The notes under the pieces were generated by a model, which worked only from the letters and a program-made list of their open reading frames with translations, was not told where the DNA came from and ran no database searches. The position numbers were made by a program, and so were the translations under genes. From an uncultured delta proteobacterium (GTDB lineage: Bacteria > Myxococcota > Myxococcia > Myxococcales > Myxococcaceae), in the NCBI GenBank assembly GCA_963796055.1, contig CAWCKH010000004.1, positions 864,001 through 928,000 of the forward strand: a stretch of DNA of 64,000 bases, given 5' to 3'. The first letter of the stretch is position 1. Every line of letters begins with the position of its first letter. Positions 11,248-19,926 of the stretch are shown in pieces.

Positions 11248-12923
11248 GCACGCTCACTCCCTGGCTGATCACCGTGGTGATGTTCCAGCCCCTGGCGGCG
11301 GCGGCGGTGGTGGCCCTGCTGCCGCAGAACGAGAAGCGGCTGGTCCGGGCCTGGACCTTCCTGGCGATGTTGCTGAACTTCGGGCTGACGGTGCTCCTCT
11401 ACGGGCTCTTCGAGCCCCGGGGAGCCGAGTTCCAGCTCGAGCAGCGCCTCCCGTGGATCCCCGACCTGGGCATCAGCTACCACGTGGGCGTCGACGGCCT
11501 GGCCGTCTCCCTGATGTTGCTCACCGGGTTCCTCGGGCCGCTGGTGGTGCTGGCCAGCTGGAGCTTCATCGAGTCCCGGGTGAAGAGCTTCCACCTGGCG
11601 CTGCTGCTCATCCAGTCCGCGATGCTGGGGACGCTGGCGTCGCTGGACGTCATCCTCTTCTACGTCTTCTTCGAGGCGATGCTCATCCCCATGTACCTGA
11701 TCATCGGGGTGTGGGGCTCGGAGGAGCGGACGAAGGCGGCGATGAAGTTCTTCCTCTACACCCTCGCCGGCTCGCTGGTGATGCTGGTGGCGATCCTCGC
11801 GGTGTACTTCCTCGGTCAGCCCGCGGGCGCCCGAAGCTTCGACTACGCCACGTTCTACAACTCGCTCGCCCCGGCCAACCGCGAGCTGGCAGCCTGCTTC
11901 GCCGGGAAGGCCGTGAGCTGCGCCTCGCTCTCGCCGCTGGCCCAGGCGCTGCGGGTCTACGGCCCGTGGATGTTCCTGGCCTTCGCGCTGGCCTTCGCGA
12001 TCAAGGTGCCGATGTTCCCGTTGCACACCTGGTTGCCGGACGCGCACGTGCAGGCGCCGGTGGCGGGGTCGGTCATCCTCGCCGGGGTGATGCTGAAGAT
12101 GGGGACCTTCGGGTTCTGGCGCTACGCCATCCCCCTCTTCCCGGTGGCCGCGCAGCAGATGCGGGTGCCGTTCGCGGTGCTCTCGGTGGTGGGCATCGTC
12201 TACGGGGCGATGATGTGCCTGGCCCAGCGAGACGTGAAGAAGCTCATCGCCTACAGCTCGGTGAGCCACCTGGGGTTCTGCATGCTGGGCATCTTCGCCC
12301 TGACCGCCGAGGGAGCGAGCGGCAGCGCCTACCAGATGCTGAACCACGGGGTGTCGACCGGGGCGCTGTTCCTCCTCTTCGGCTTCCTCTACGAGCGGCG
12401 CCACAGCCGGGCGATCATCGAGTACGGCGGCATCGCCAAGAGCATGCCGGTGTTCGCCGCGCTGTTCCTGATCATCACCTTCTCCAGCATCGCGGTCCCG
12501 GGGACCAACGGGTTCGTCGGCGAGTTCCTGGTGCTGCTGGGGACGTTCAAGTCCACCCTCCTCTCGATGTGGCTGGGGGTCTTCGCCGCCACCGGGGTCA
12601 TCCTCGGCGCGGCCTACATGCTGTGGATGGTGCAGCGGGTCTTCTTCGGCCCGCTGGTGCAGGTGGAGAACGCCCGGCTCACCGACGTGAACGGCCGTGA
12701 GCTGGCGGCCGCGCTGCCCTTGGTGGTGACGGTGCTGGTGATGGGCGTGCTCCCCGGCTTCTTCCTCGACCGACTCCAGACCTCCTCCCAGCGGTACGTG
12801 GCCCGGGCGCAGGTGGGCCTCGACGTGCAGATGCGCGACGAGGAGACCCGGATGACGGTGCTCCCGCTCCCCACTCCCTCACCGGTGGCGGCGCTGCCGC
12901 CCGGCACCTCCGCCCAGCGCTAG
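11244..12923 (+). CDS. nuoM: NADH-quinone oxidoreductase subunit M
   Basis: FYVFFEAMLIPMY, AIKVPMFPLHTWLPDAHVQAP, AYSSVSHLG. Confidence 0.97.
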   Translation: MSTLTPWLITVVMFQPLAAAAVVALLPQNEKRLVRAWTFLAMLLNFGLTVLLYGLFEPRGAEFQLEQRLPWIPDLGISYHVGVDGLAVSLMLLTGFLGPLVVLASWSFIESRVKSFHLALLLIQSAMLGTLASLDVILFYVFFEAMLIPMYLIIGVWGSEERTKAAMKFFLYTLAGSLVMLVAILAVYFLGQPAGARSFDYATFYNSLAPANRELAACFAGKAVSCASLSPLAQALRVYGPWMFLAFALAFAIKVPMFPLHTWLPDAHVQAPVAGSVILAGVMLKMGTFGFWRYAIPLFPVAAQQMRVPFAVLSVVGIVYGAMMCLAQRDVKKLIAYSSVSHLGFCMLGIFALTAEGASGSAYQMLNHGVSTGALFLLFGFLYERRHSRAIIEYGGIAKSMPVFAALFLIITFSSIAVPGTNGFVGEFLVLLGTFKSTLLSMWLGVFAATGVILGAAYMLWMVQRVFFGPLVQVENARLTDVNGRELAAALPLVVTVLVMGVLPGFFLDRLQTSSQRYVARAQVGLDVQMRDEETRMTVLPLPTPSPVAALPPGTSAQR

Positions 12924-12929
12924 GCCCCC

Positions 12930-14501
12930 ATGCTCGCTCTGCCCTCGCTGACCGCCGCCGACTTCTTGCCACTCTGGCCCGCGCTGATCCTCAGCGCCGG
13001 GGCGTGCCTGGTGCTCCTCTCCGAGGTGTTCCTCTCCTCGGCCTCGCGCACCTTCCAGGCGCCGCTCACCGTCGGCTCGACGGCGCTGGCGGGGGTGGTG
13101 GCCGGGGCCACGGCGCTCTCCGCCCCGAGGGAGGTGTTCCTCGGCTTCGCGGTGCTCGATCCGTTCGGGAGCCTGGTGACCCTGCTGGTCTGCATCGGGG
13201 TGGGGCTGTCGGCGCTGCTCGCCCCGGCGTTCCTCCGCGGCCGGCACGCCGAGCGCGGCGAGTTCTACGCGCTGCTGCTCTTCGGCGGGGCGGGGATGAG
13301 CCTGCTCGGGCTGTCCAACGAGCTGATCCTCCTCTTCATCAATCTGGAGATCCTCAGCGTCGCCACCTACGCCCTGGCCGCGTACCTGCGCCGGGGTCCC
13401 CGGCCGGCGGAGGCGGGGTTCAAGTACTTCATCCTCGGGGCGTTCAGCTCGGCGGTGCTGCTCTACGGGACGGCGCTGCTGTTCGGGGCGACCCGGAGCA
13501 CCGTGCTCCCGCAGATGGCGGCAGAGCTGGCCCGCGTGTTCTCCGAGCCGAGCCTGGCCGACCGGCGCCCGCTGGCCTACTGCGGCCTGGCGCTGATCGG
13601 CGCGGGGTTCGGCTTCAAGATCGCCGCGGTGCCGTTCCACATGTGGACCCCGGACGTCTACGAGGGCGCGCCCACGCCGGTGACGGCGATGATGAGCGCG
13701 GCGGTCAAGGCGGCGGCGTTCGCGGCGATGGTGCGGGTGTTCCTGGTGCTGGGGCGCGGCATCCCCGGCGACGCACTGCTCAGCGGCTTCTCCACCCTGG
13801 CCCTGCTGACGATGATCGTCGGAAATCTGCTGGCGCTTCCGCAGCGGAACGTGAAGCGGATGCTGGCCTACTCGTCGATCTCCCACGCCGGCTACCTCCT
13901 GGTGGGAGTGGCCTCGCTGTTCGTCCGGAGCGGGAGCAGCAAGCGCGGCCTGCTGGGCGTGACCACGCTCGCCGCCGGCGCCACGCCGGACACCTCGGCG
14001 GCGCTGCGGGGCATCCTCTTCTACCTGCTGGCCTACACCGTGACCACGGTCGGGGCCTTCGGGGTGCTGGGGGCCCTGGAGCAGAAGGACGACGAGGTAC
14101 GGGGCTTCGCCTGGGACCTGGACCGGCTCGCCGGCCTGGCGCAGCGGAAGCCGGCCTGGGCGTTCGCGATGGCGGTGTTCATGCTCTCGCTGGGCGGCAT
14201 TCCCCCCATGGCAGGGTTCATGGGCAAGCTGCTCATCTTCCGCGCCGCGGTGGACGCCGGTCTGGTGGGCCTGGTCATCGTGGGCGTGCTCACCAGCGCG
14301 GTGGGCGCGTATTACTACCTGCGGGTGGTGGTCTACATGTACATGCGGCCCGCCCCCGAGGCAGGGGCGCTGCCCGAGCGCAGCTTCGCCACCGAGCTGG
14401 CGCTGCTGCTGAGCACCGCGGCGGTGGTGGTGCTGGGCGTGCTTCCGCAGCTGGCCGCCGGGTGGCTGTCACGGGGCGGGTCGGTGTTCCTGGGGCGGTA
14501 G
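12930..14501 (+). CDS. nuoN: NADH-quinone oxidoreductase subunit N
   Basis: EAGFKYFILG, FKIAAVPFHMWTPDVYEGAP, KRMLAYSSISHAGY. Confidence 0.97.
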   Translation: MLALPSLTAADFLPLWPALILSAGACLVLLSEVFLSSASRTFQAPLTVGSTALAGVVAGATALSAPREVFLGFAVLDPFGSLVTLLVCIGVGLSALLAPAFLRGRHAERGEFYALLLFGGAGMSLLGLSNELILLFINLEILSVATYALAAYLRRGPRPAEAGFKYFILGAFSSAVLLYGTALLFGATRSTVLPQMAAELARVFSEPSLADRRPLAYCGLALIGAGFGFKIAAVPFHMWTPDVYEGAPTPVTAMMSAAVKAAAFAAMVRVFLVLGRGIPGDALLSGFSTLALLTMIVGNLLALPQRNVKRMLAYSSISHAGYLLVGVASLFVRSGSSKRGLLGVTTLAAGATPDTSAALRGILFYLLAYTVTTVGAFGVLGALEQKDDEVRGFAWDLDRLAGLAQRKPAWAFAMAVFMLSLGGIPPMAGFMGKLLIFRAAVDAGLVGLVIVGVLTSAVGAYYYLRVVVYMYMRPAPEAGALPERSFATELALLLSTAAVVVLGVLPQLAAGWLSRGGSVFLGR

Positions 14502-14592
14502 CAGACGCGTGGGGGGTGGGGCAGCGGCGCTGCCCCACTTCTCGGCGAACGACCGTTGTCTCCCGGGCGTGGGGCGTGGCCTCCTCTGCCGC

Positions 14593-15546
14593 ATGACCGC
14601 CCCCACCCCGTCCACGTTCGCCGCCGTGCTCCGTGCCGAGCTCACTCGCCGGTGCGCGAGGAACCCGAGCTACTCGCTCCGCGCCTTCGCCCGCGCGCTG
14701 GACACCGACCACGCGACGCTCTCGCAGATCCTCCGGGGCCGGCGCGCGCTCACCCGCGACACCATCGTCCAGCTCGGGGAGCGGCTGGGACTCGAGCCGG
14801 CGCGGATCGAGGCCTTCGTCCGCGATGCCGCCGCGGCCCGGGCGGGCCCTCCGGGCGCGAGCGCCGCCCTCGACGCCGCGGCCATCCTCGCCGAGCCGCT
14901 CCACCACCAGCTGCTGGCGCTGGTCCACACCGAGGACTTCCGCGGAGACTCGCGCTTCCTCGCCCAGGTGCTGGACACCACGCCGGATGCGATCAACGTC
15001 CTGCTCCAGCGCCTGCTCCGCTTCGGGCTGCTGACGATGAACGAGGGGAGCTGGCGCGACGTGACCGGCGCCGGCGAGCTCGATCCCGACGGATTCGAGC
15101 GCGCCGTGTGGGAGCAGGCCGCAAGGCGCGTGGCAGGCGCCGCCACGGGGGAGCCCACCGCCCCGACCGCGGGGGACGTCAGCCCGCACCCGGTGCGCAA
15201 GTTCCAGATCCTCGCCCGGGACCCGGACGCGACCGCGGCCTTCTACCAGCGCCTCTTCGGCTGGACCGTGCACCGGGCCAACGCGCTCGGGTACCGGGAG
15301 GTCTCCACCGGCCCCGACGGAATCGAGGGTGGCATCTGGCCCACGCCTCCGGAGGGCAAGCCTCTGGTGCAGCTGTTCATCGAGGCGACCGAGCTGGAGG
15401 ACACCGTCGAGCGCGCCCACGGCCTCGGCGCGCAGGTCATCGTCCCCCCGCAGGCGCTCCCCGAGGGCGACGCGCTCGCCATCCTCGCCGACCCCGAGGG
15501 TCGGCCCTTCGCGGTCTACAGCCGGGGACCGGGGCGGCGCGGATGA
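14593..15546 (+). CDS. XRE-like HTH protein (TIGR02147/DUF4423-like N-terminus) fused to a VOC/glyoxalase domain
   Basis: RNPSYSLRAFARALDTDHATLSQILRGRR HTH; C-terminal FYQRLFGW...GGI...ILADPEGRPFAV VOC fold. Confidence 0.75.
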   Translation: MTAPTPSTFAAVLRAELTRRCARNPSYSLRAFARALDTDHATLSQILRGRRALTRDTIVQLGERLGLEPARIEAFVRDAAAARAGPPGASAALDAAAILAEPLHHQLLALVHTEDFRGDSRFLAQVLDTTPDAINVLLQRLLRFGLLTMNEGSWRDVTGAGELDPDGFERAVWEQAARRVAGAATGEPTAPTAGDVSPHPVRKFQILARDPDATAAFYQRLFGWTVHRANALGYREVSTGPDGIEGGIWPTPPEGKPLVQLFIEATELEDTVERAHGLGAQVIVPPQALPEGDALAILADPEGRPFAVYSRGPGRRG

Positions 15547-16742
15547 GCACGGCGTGGCTCGCGCTCGGATCCGTCCTTCTCGCCTCGCAGCCGCAGGGCA
15601 CCGGTCTCGAGCAGCTCCAGGCCGCTCGCCGGGCGGTGATCGACGCCGACCTTCACGGTGACTGGACGGCGCTGATCGCCGCGCGAGAGCAGCTGACGAA
15701 GCTCTCTGGCGTGCCCGGGCTCCGCGGCCTGGTGGAGTACGAGCTCGGGTACGCGGACTGGCGGCTCTCGTCGCTCGCCTACCTCGGCGCGGGGAAGGAC
15801 GCGCAGATGGAGCTGATGCTCCGGGCCGCCGCCGAGCTCCAGGCGTCCGTCGCCGCGCGCCCCGACTTCGCCGACGCGCAGGCGCTGCTCGCCTGGGTGG
15901 CGGGGTCGGCGCTGGGGACGGACGCAGAGCGAGGCGCTCCGCTGGGCCGGCTCATCCAGCCCGCGTGGAAGGCTGCCGCACCAGCGGTGGCCTCGAACCC
16001 CCGGGTCGCGCTGCTCCGGGCGATGTCCACCACCTTCGCCCCTCCAGCACACGGCGGGAACCGGGAGCGGGGACTCGAGCAGTGGAAGGCAGCCGCCGCG
16101 CTGTTCGAGAAGGGAGCGCGCGGGGACCCGGAGCTGCCGATCTGGGGGCGGGCCGAGAGCCTGGGCTGGCTCGGAGGAGCGCTCCTCGCCGGAGGAGACC
16201 CGGCCGGGGCGGTCAGGTGGTTCGAGCGGGCGCTCGCCGTCCGGCCGGACTTCTGGTGGGTCCGGACGCTGGGGCTTCCTCAGGCACGCCGGGCTGTGGT
16301 CGCCTCCGTACGGACGGCGGGCGCCCAGCCCGCCGGGAGGACGGGCATGGACGAGGCGATGCGCGGCATCGAGGCGCTCCGGCGGCGCGACGAGGCGGCG
16401 AGCAAGGCGTACGACGTGAAGGCGCTGGCCGAGCTCTGGACGAAGGATGCGGTGGCGCTGCCCCCGGGCGGACCGGTGAAGCGCGGACCCGAGCTCCAGG
16501 CGGACCTGGCGAAGATGGCGGAGGCAGCCCGGGGCACGGAGGTGCTCGACTACCGAGAGGTGTTCGAGGAGACGCTGGTCTTCGGCGACACGGCCGTCGA
16601 GTGGGGCCACATCGAGGGCAGCGAGCGAGACCGGTCCACGGGGAAGGTCACCACCAGCCGCTTCCACCTGATGCGGATCCTCAAGCGCGTCGAGGATGGC
16701 AGCTGGAGAGTGCACCGGAGCATCTTCGCCCCGGCGGGGTGA
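15543..16742 (+). CDS. Secreted TPR-like protein fused to an NTF2-like (SnoaL/DUF4440) domain
   Basis: Signal peptide; helical repeats ending ARPDFADA and ALAVRPDF; C-terminal DVKALAELWTKDAV...DGSWRV; ATGA overlap with the upstream gene. Confidence 0.7.
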   Translation: MSTAWLALGSVLLASQPQGTGLEQLQAARRAVIDADLHGDWTALIAAREQLTKLSGVPGLRGLVEYELGYADWRLSSLAYLGAGKDAQMELMLRAAAELQASVAARPDFADAQALLAWVAGSALGTDAERGAPLGRLIQPAWKAAAPAVASNPRVALLRAMSTTFAPPAHGGNRERGLEQWKAAAALFEKGARGDPELPIWGRAESLGWLGGALLAGGDPAGAVRWFERALAVRPDFWWVRTLGLPQARRAVVASVRTAGAQPAGRTGMDEAMRGIEALRRRDEAASKAYDVKALAELWTKDAVALPPGGPVKRGPELQADLAKMAEAARGTEVLDYREVFEETLVFGDTAVEWGHIEGSERDRSTGKVTTSRFHLMRILKRVEDGSWRVHRSIFAPAG

Positions 16743-16955
16743 GTCACGGGGGCGCGAGGCCGCCGCACGCTCCTCCGGCCGCAGACCCGGATGGCCGCGT
16801 GCCCACGCTGATCCGAGATCCACAGCGCGAGAAGAGGAGCCCTGCAGCGCAAGGTTTCGCGAGCGCGGTTCCAGGATCATTTTGGAACGGTCGGGGCGGA
16901 GGGATGGATCAGCCCCGGTGGGTGGAGCTGAGCACCCGGTGCAATGGAGCGGGGC

Positions 16956-16990
16956 TTGACTCGTCTACAGACGTAGTATTACATCTGTCG
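16956..16990 (+). promoter_or_regulatory. Promoter with two BlaI/CopY-type operator boxes
   Basis: TTGACT 16956-16961; CTACAGACGTAG 16965-16976 and TTACATCTGTCG 16979-16990, each 9/10 to TACAnnTGTA; AT-rich patch directly upstream of the blaI-like gene. Confidence 0.75.
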
Positions 16991-17011
16991 ACGAAGCCGA
17001 GAGGAGCTCGC

Positions 17012-17410
17012 ATGCCCGACGCCACGCAGCTCACCGACCTCCAGATCGCGCTGTTGCGCGTGCTCTGGGCCCGGCGGGAGGCCACCGTTGCCGAGATCGC
17101 CGAGGCGCTCCGGCCCGGCCGTGACCTGGCCCCCACCACCATCGCCACTCTGCTGAGTCGCCTGGAAAAACGCGGGGTTGTGGGTCACACCGCCCAGGGT
17201 AGGCAATACGTCTACCGGGCGCGCGTCTCGGAGGGCGAGGTCCGCCGCTCGATGGTGAGCGGGCTCACGAATCTGATGTTCGGGGGTGACGTGGCGGCGC
17301 TCATGAGTCACCTGCTCGACGTGGGCAGCGTCCGGCCGGGCGACCTGGAAAAGGTGCGCACCCTCATCGCCGAGGCCGAGGGCCGCAAGGGAAAGCGGGG
17401 CGTCCGATGA
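17012..17410 (+). CDS. BlaI/MecI/CopY family transcriptional repressor
   Basis: LTDLQIALLRVLW...ATVAEI...TTIATLLSRLEKRG...GRQYVYRA; GAGGAG RBS. Confidence 0.93.
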   Translation: MPDATQLTDLQIALLRVLWARREATVAEIAEALRPGRDLAPTTIATLLSRLEKRGVVGHTAQGRQYVYRARVSEGEVRRSMVSGLTNLMFGGDVAALMSHLLDVGSVRPGDLEKVRTLIAEAEGRKGKRGVR

Positions 17411-19926
17411 ACGCCGACGACCTCGGGGCGCTCCTGTCCCTGGCGGCCACCCTCGGGGCGGCCTGGCTCCTCACCTATGCCGTGCACAGCACCGCCCTGA
17501 TCGGCACCGTGTGGCTCGCCGAACGGGCGGGGCTCTTGCGCTCGCTCCGGCTCCGCGACCTCGCGTGGCGCACCGCGCTGGTGGGGGCGCTCTTCACCGC
17601 GACGCTCCAGCTGGCGGCGGGGCTGACCCCCTTCGGTGGGGCGGCGGAGCTCAGCACGCCCGCCCTGCCGGCCATCACCCATCCGTCCACCGAGCCGGAG
17701 ACCCCGCGGATGGCCATCGTGCGGGTCCGGAAGCATCCGGCACCCGCCATTCCCTGGACGGAGACCCCGCCGGCCGCCCCCACGGCCCCGACGTCGGCCG
17801 GCTCCGCCGACACGATGCCGAACGCTCCGCCTGCGCCCGCCCCGGGGCACGCGGTCGCCGTCCCCCGGCTGTCCCCGGCCGGTCTGGCCTTCCTGGGCTG
17901 GGCCGTGGTGGCGAGCGCGTTCCTGCTCCGGCTCGCCGTGCTCCGGGCACGGCTGCTCACCACCCTGGGGGATCGCGCGCCAGTGGTGGACCCGCTGATC
18001 CGGGCCCGGCTCGAGGGCCTGTGTCGGGACGTGGGCCACGCCCGAGCCATCCGGCTCACCACTGCCGAGGGGCTCCGCAGCCCCGTGGCCCTGGGCTGGT
18101 CCGAGATCTGCCTCCCCGCCGAGGCGCTCCTCGAGCTGGACGGCGCCCAGCAGCGCAGCGTGCTCGCGCACGAGCTGGCGCACCTCCGGCGACTCGACCC
18201 GGTGTGGCTGGTGGTCGGCTCGGTGCTCGAGCAGCTCTTCTTCTTCCAGCCCCTGAACCGGATGGCCCGCGCCCGGATGCAGGAGGTGGCCGAGTTCCTC
18301 TGCGACGACTGGGCGGCCGCCCGGAACGGCTCGGGGCTCGACGTCGCCCGGGGGCTGGCCTCGGTCGCGGCCTGGCTCGACGGGCGGGCGCCGCGCGTGC
18401 CGCTCGCCGGCATGGCCGAGCACCCCAGCCAGCTCCTCGCCCGGGTCACCCGGCTCCTGGAGCGGGGCGGGGACGAGGTGGATCGGCTCCGACCCTGGCA
18501 CGTCGGCGGGATGGCCCTGCTGCTCCTGCTGACGGTGTTCCTCGCCCCTGGGGTGCGCGCTGCCCCCGAGCGGGTGCCACCCTCACAGCCCCGCGGCATG
18601 ATCGCCGTCCAGTCGCTGGACCGGGAGATGCTCGACGCCGTGCCCGACGACGCTGCACCCGGAGGCGAGGTGCCGGCGCCGGATGTCCGCGCCACCCCCG
18701 CCCCGCGGGAGGACCCGGCGCGGACGCCGGCCCCGGCCCGGGTGCCCGAGACGGCGCCCCCGGCATCCACCAAGGGGACGGCGCCTGCCCCGCGGACCCG
18801 CACCGTCGAACAGCCCAGCACCCTGCTCGACGCGACACCCACTGCTGGGCCGGTCACCGCGCCCGCCATCGGGCCGCTCCTGGCGCTCGCCGAGCCGGTG
18901 CCGCCGGCCGCCCCGCGCGCGCCGGCCCCGCCCAGGCCGCCCGCGCCGCCCAGCACGGTGGACGTCGAGCGGATTCGCCGCGATGCCCAGCGCATGGCGC
19001 GCGACGCCCAGCGTCAGGCCCACGAGTCCGCCCGCCGGGCCCGGGCGAAGGCCCCTGGCCGGCACGGCAGCGGCGGCACCCCGGCCGACCCGAAGACCGT
19101 GGATGCGCTCATCGGCGCGCTGAAGGACGGCGACCCGGGCGTGCGCCAGGCGGCAGCGGAGTCGCTCGGGCGTCTCGGCGACCCGCGGGCGGTGGACGCC
19201 CTCTCCGCGCTGCTGGGTGACGCCAACGTCGAGGTGCGCCGGAGCGCGGTCGAGGCGCTGGGGAACATCGAGGACCCGAAGGCCATCCCCGCCCTGACCC
19301 GTGCCGCGGGCGACGCCAACCCCACGGTGCGCCGCGAGGCCGCCGAGGCACTGCTCTCGTTCGACGAGCCGGCCGCGGGCGAGCCGCTGATCAAGCTGCT
19401 CGGCGACAGCGACCCGCGGGTGCGACTCACCGCGATGGAGGGTCTTTCCCACCGCGGCGACCGGCGGGCGCTGGGCCCCCTCTCGAAGCTGGTGAAGGAC
19501 CCCAACGTGGAGATCCGCGCCCGAGCGGTCCGCGCTCTGTCGCGGTACCGTGACCCGGCGGCGCAAGACGGGCTGCTGGCCGCCCTGAAGGACGAGAACG
19601 CCGAGGTGCGCGCCGCCGCGGCCGCCGGCCTGGGTGAGCTGGAGCTGAAGTCGGCCCCGCAGGGGCTGCTCGACGCCACCCGGGACCCGAGCGCCGACGT
19701 GCGCCAGGAGGCCGCCGAGGCGCTGGGGCAGATCCACGACCCGAAGGTCGTGCCGCAGCTCAAGGCCCTGCTGGAGGACGCCGACGCCGACGTGCGCGGC
19801 GCTGCAGTGGAAGCGCTCGCCGAGATCCGCGACGGCGCGGCGCTCCAGGCGCTCATCGCCGCGATGCAGAGCAAGGACGTCACCGTCCGGCGCGCCGCGG
19901 CCCAGGCGCTCGGCCAGAGGGACTGA
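17407..19926 (+). CDS. M56 (BlaR1-like) metallopeptidase with Pro/Ala-rich linker and C-terminal HEAT repeats
   Basis: TM helices, LAHELAHLRR (HExxH at 18169-18183), FFFQPL, EFLCD; about nine 31-aa LxDxDxxVRxxAAxALG repeats. Confidence 0.9.
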   Translation: MNADDLGALLSLAATLGAAWLLTYAVHSTALIGTVWLAERAGLLRSLRLRDLAWRTALVGALFTATLQLAAGLTPFGGAAELSTPALPAITHPSTEPETPRMAIVRVRKHPAPAIPWTETPPAAPTAPTSAGSADTMPNAPPAPAPGHAVAVPRLSPAGLAFLGWAVVASAFLLRLAVLRARLLTTLGDRAPVVDPLIRARLEGLCRDVGHARAIRLTTAEGLRSPVALGWSEICLPAEALLELDGAQQRSVLAHELAHLRRLDPVWLVVGSVLEQLFFFQPLNRMARARMQEVAEFLCDDWAAARNGSGLDVARGLASVAAWLDGRAPRVPLAGMAEHPSQLLARVTRLLERGGDEVDRLRPWHVGGMALLLLLTVFLAPGVRAAPERVPPSQPRGMIAVQSLDREMLDAVPDDAAPGGEVPAPDVRATPAPREDPARTPAPARVPETAPPASTKGTAPAPRTRTVEQPSTLLDATPTAGPVTAPAIGPLLALAEPVPPAAPRAPAPPRPPAPPSTVDVERIRRDAQRMARDAQRQAHESARRARAKAPGRHGSGGTPADPKTVDALIGALKDGDPGVRQAAAESLGRLGDPRAVDALSALLGDANVEVRRSAVEALGNIEDPKAIPALTRAAGDANPTVRREAAEALLSFDEPAAGEPLIKLLGDSDPRVRLTAMEGLSHRGDRRALGPLSKLVKDPNVEIRARAVRALSRYRDPAAQDGLLAALKDENAEVRAAAAAGLGELELKSAPQGLLDATRDPSADVRQEAAEALGQIHDPKVVPQLKALLEDADADVRGAAVEALAEIRDGAALQALIAAMQSKDVTVRRAAAQALGQRD

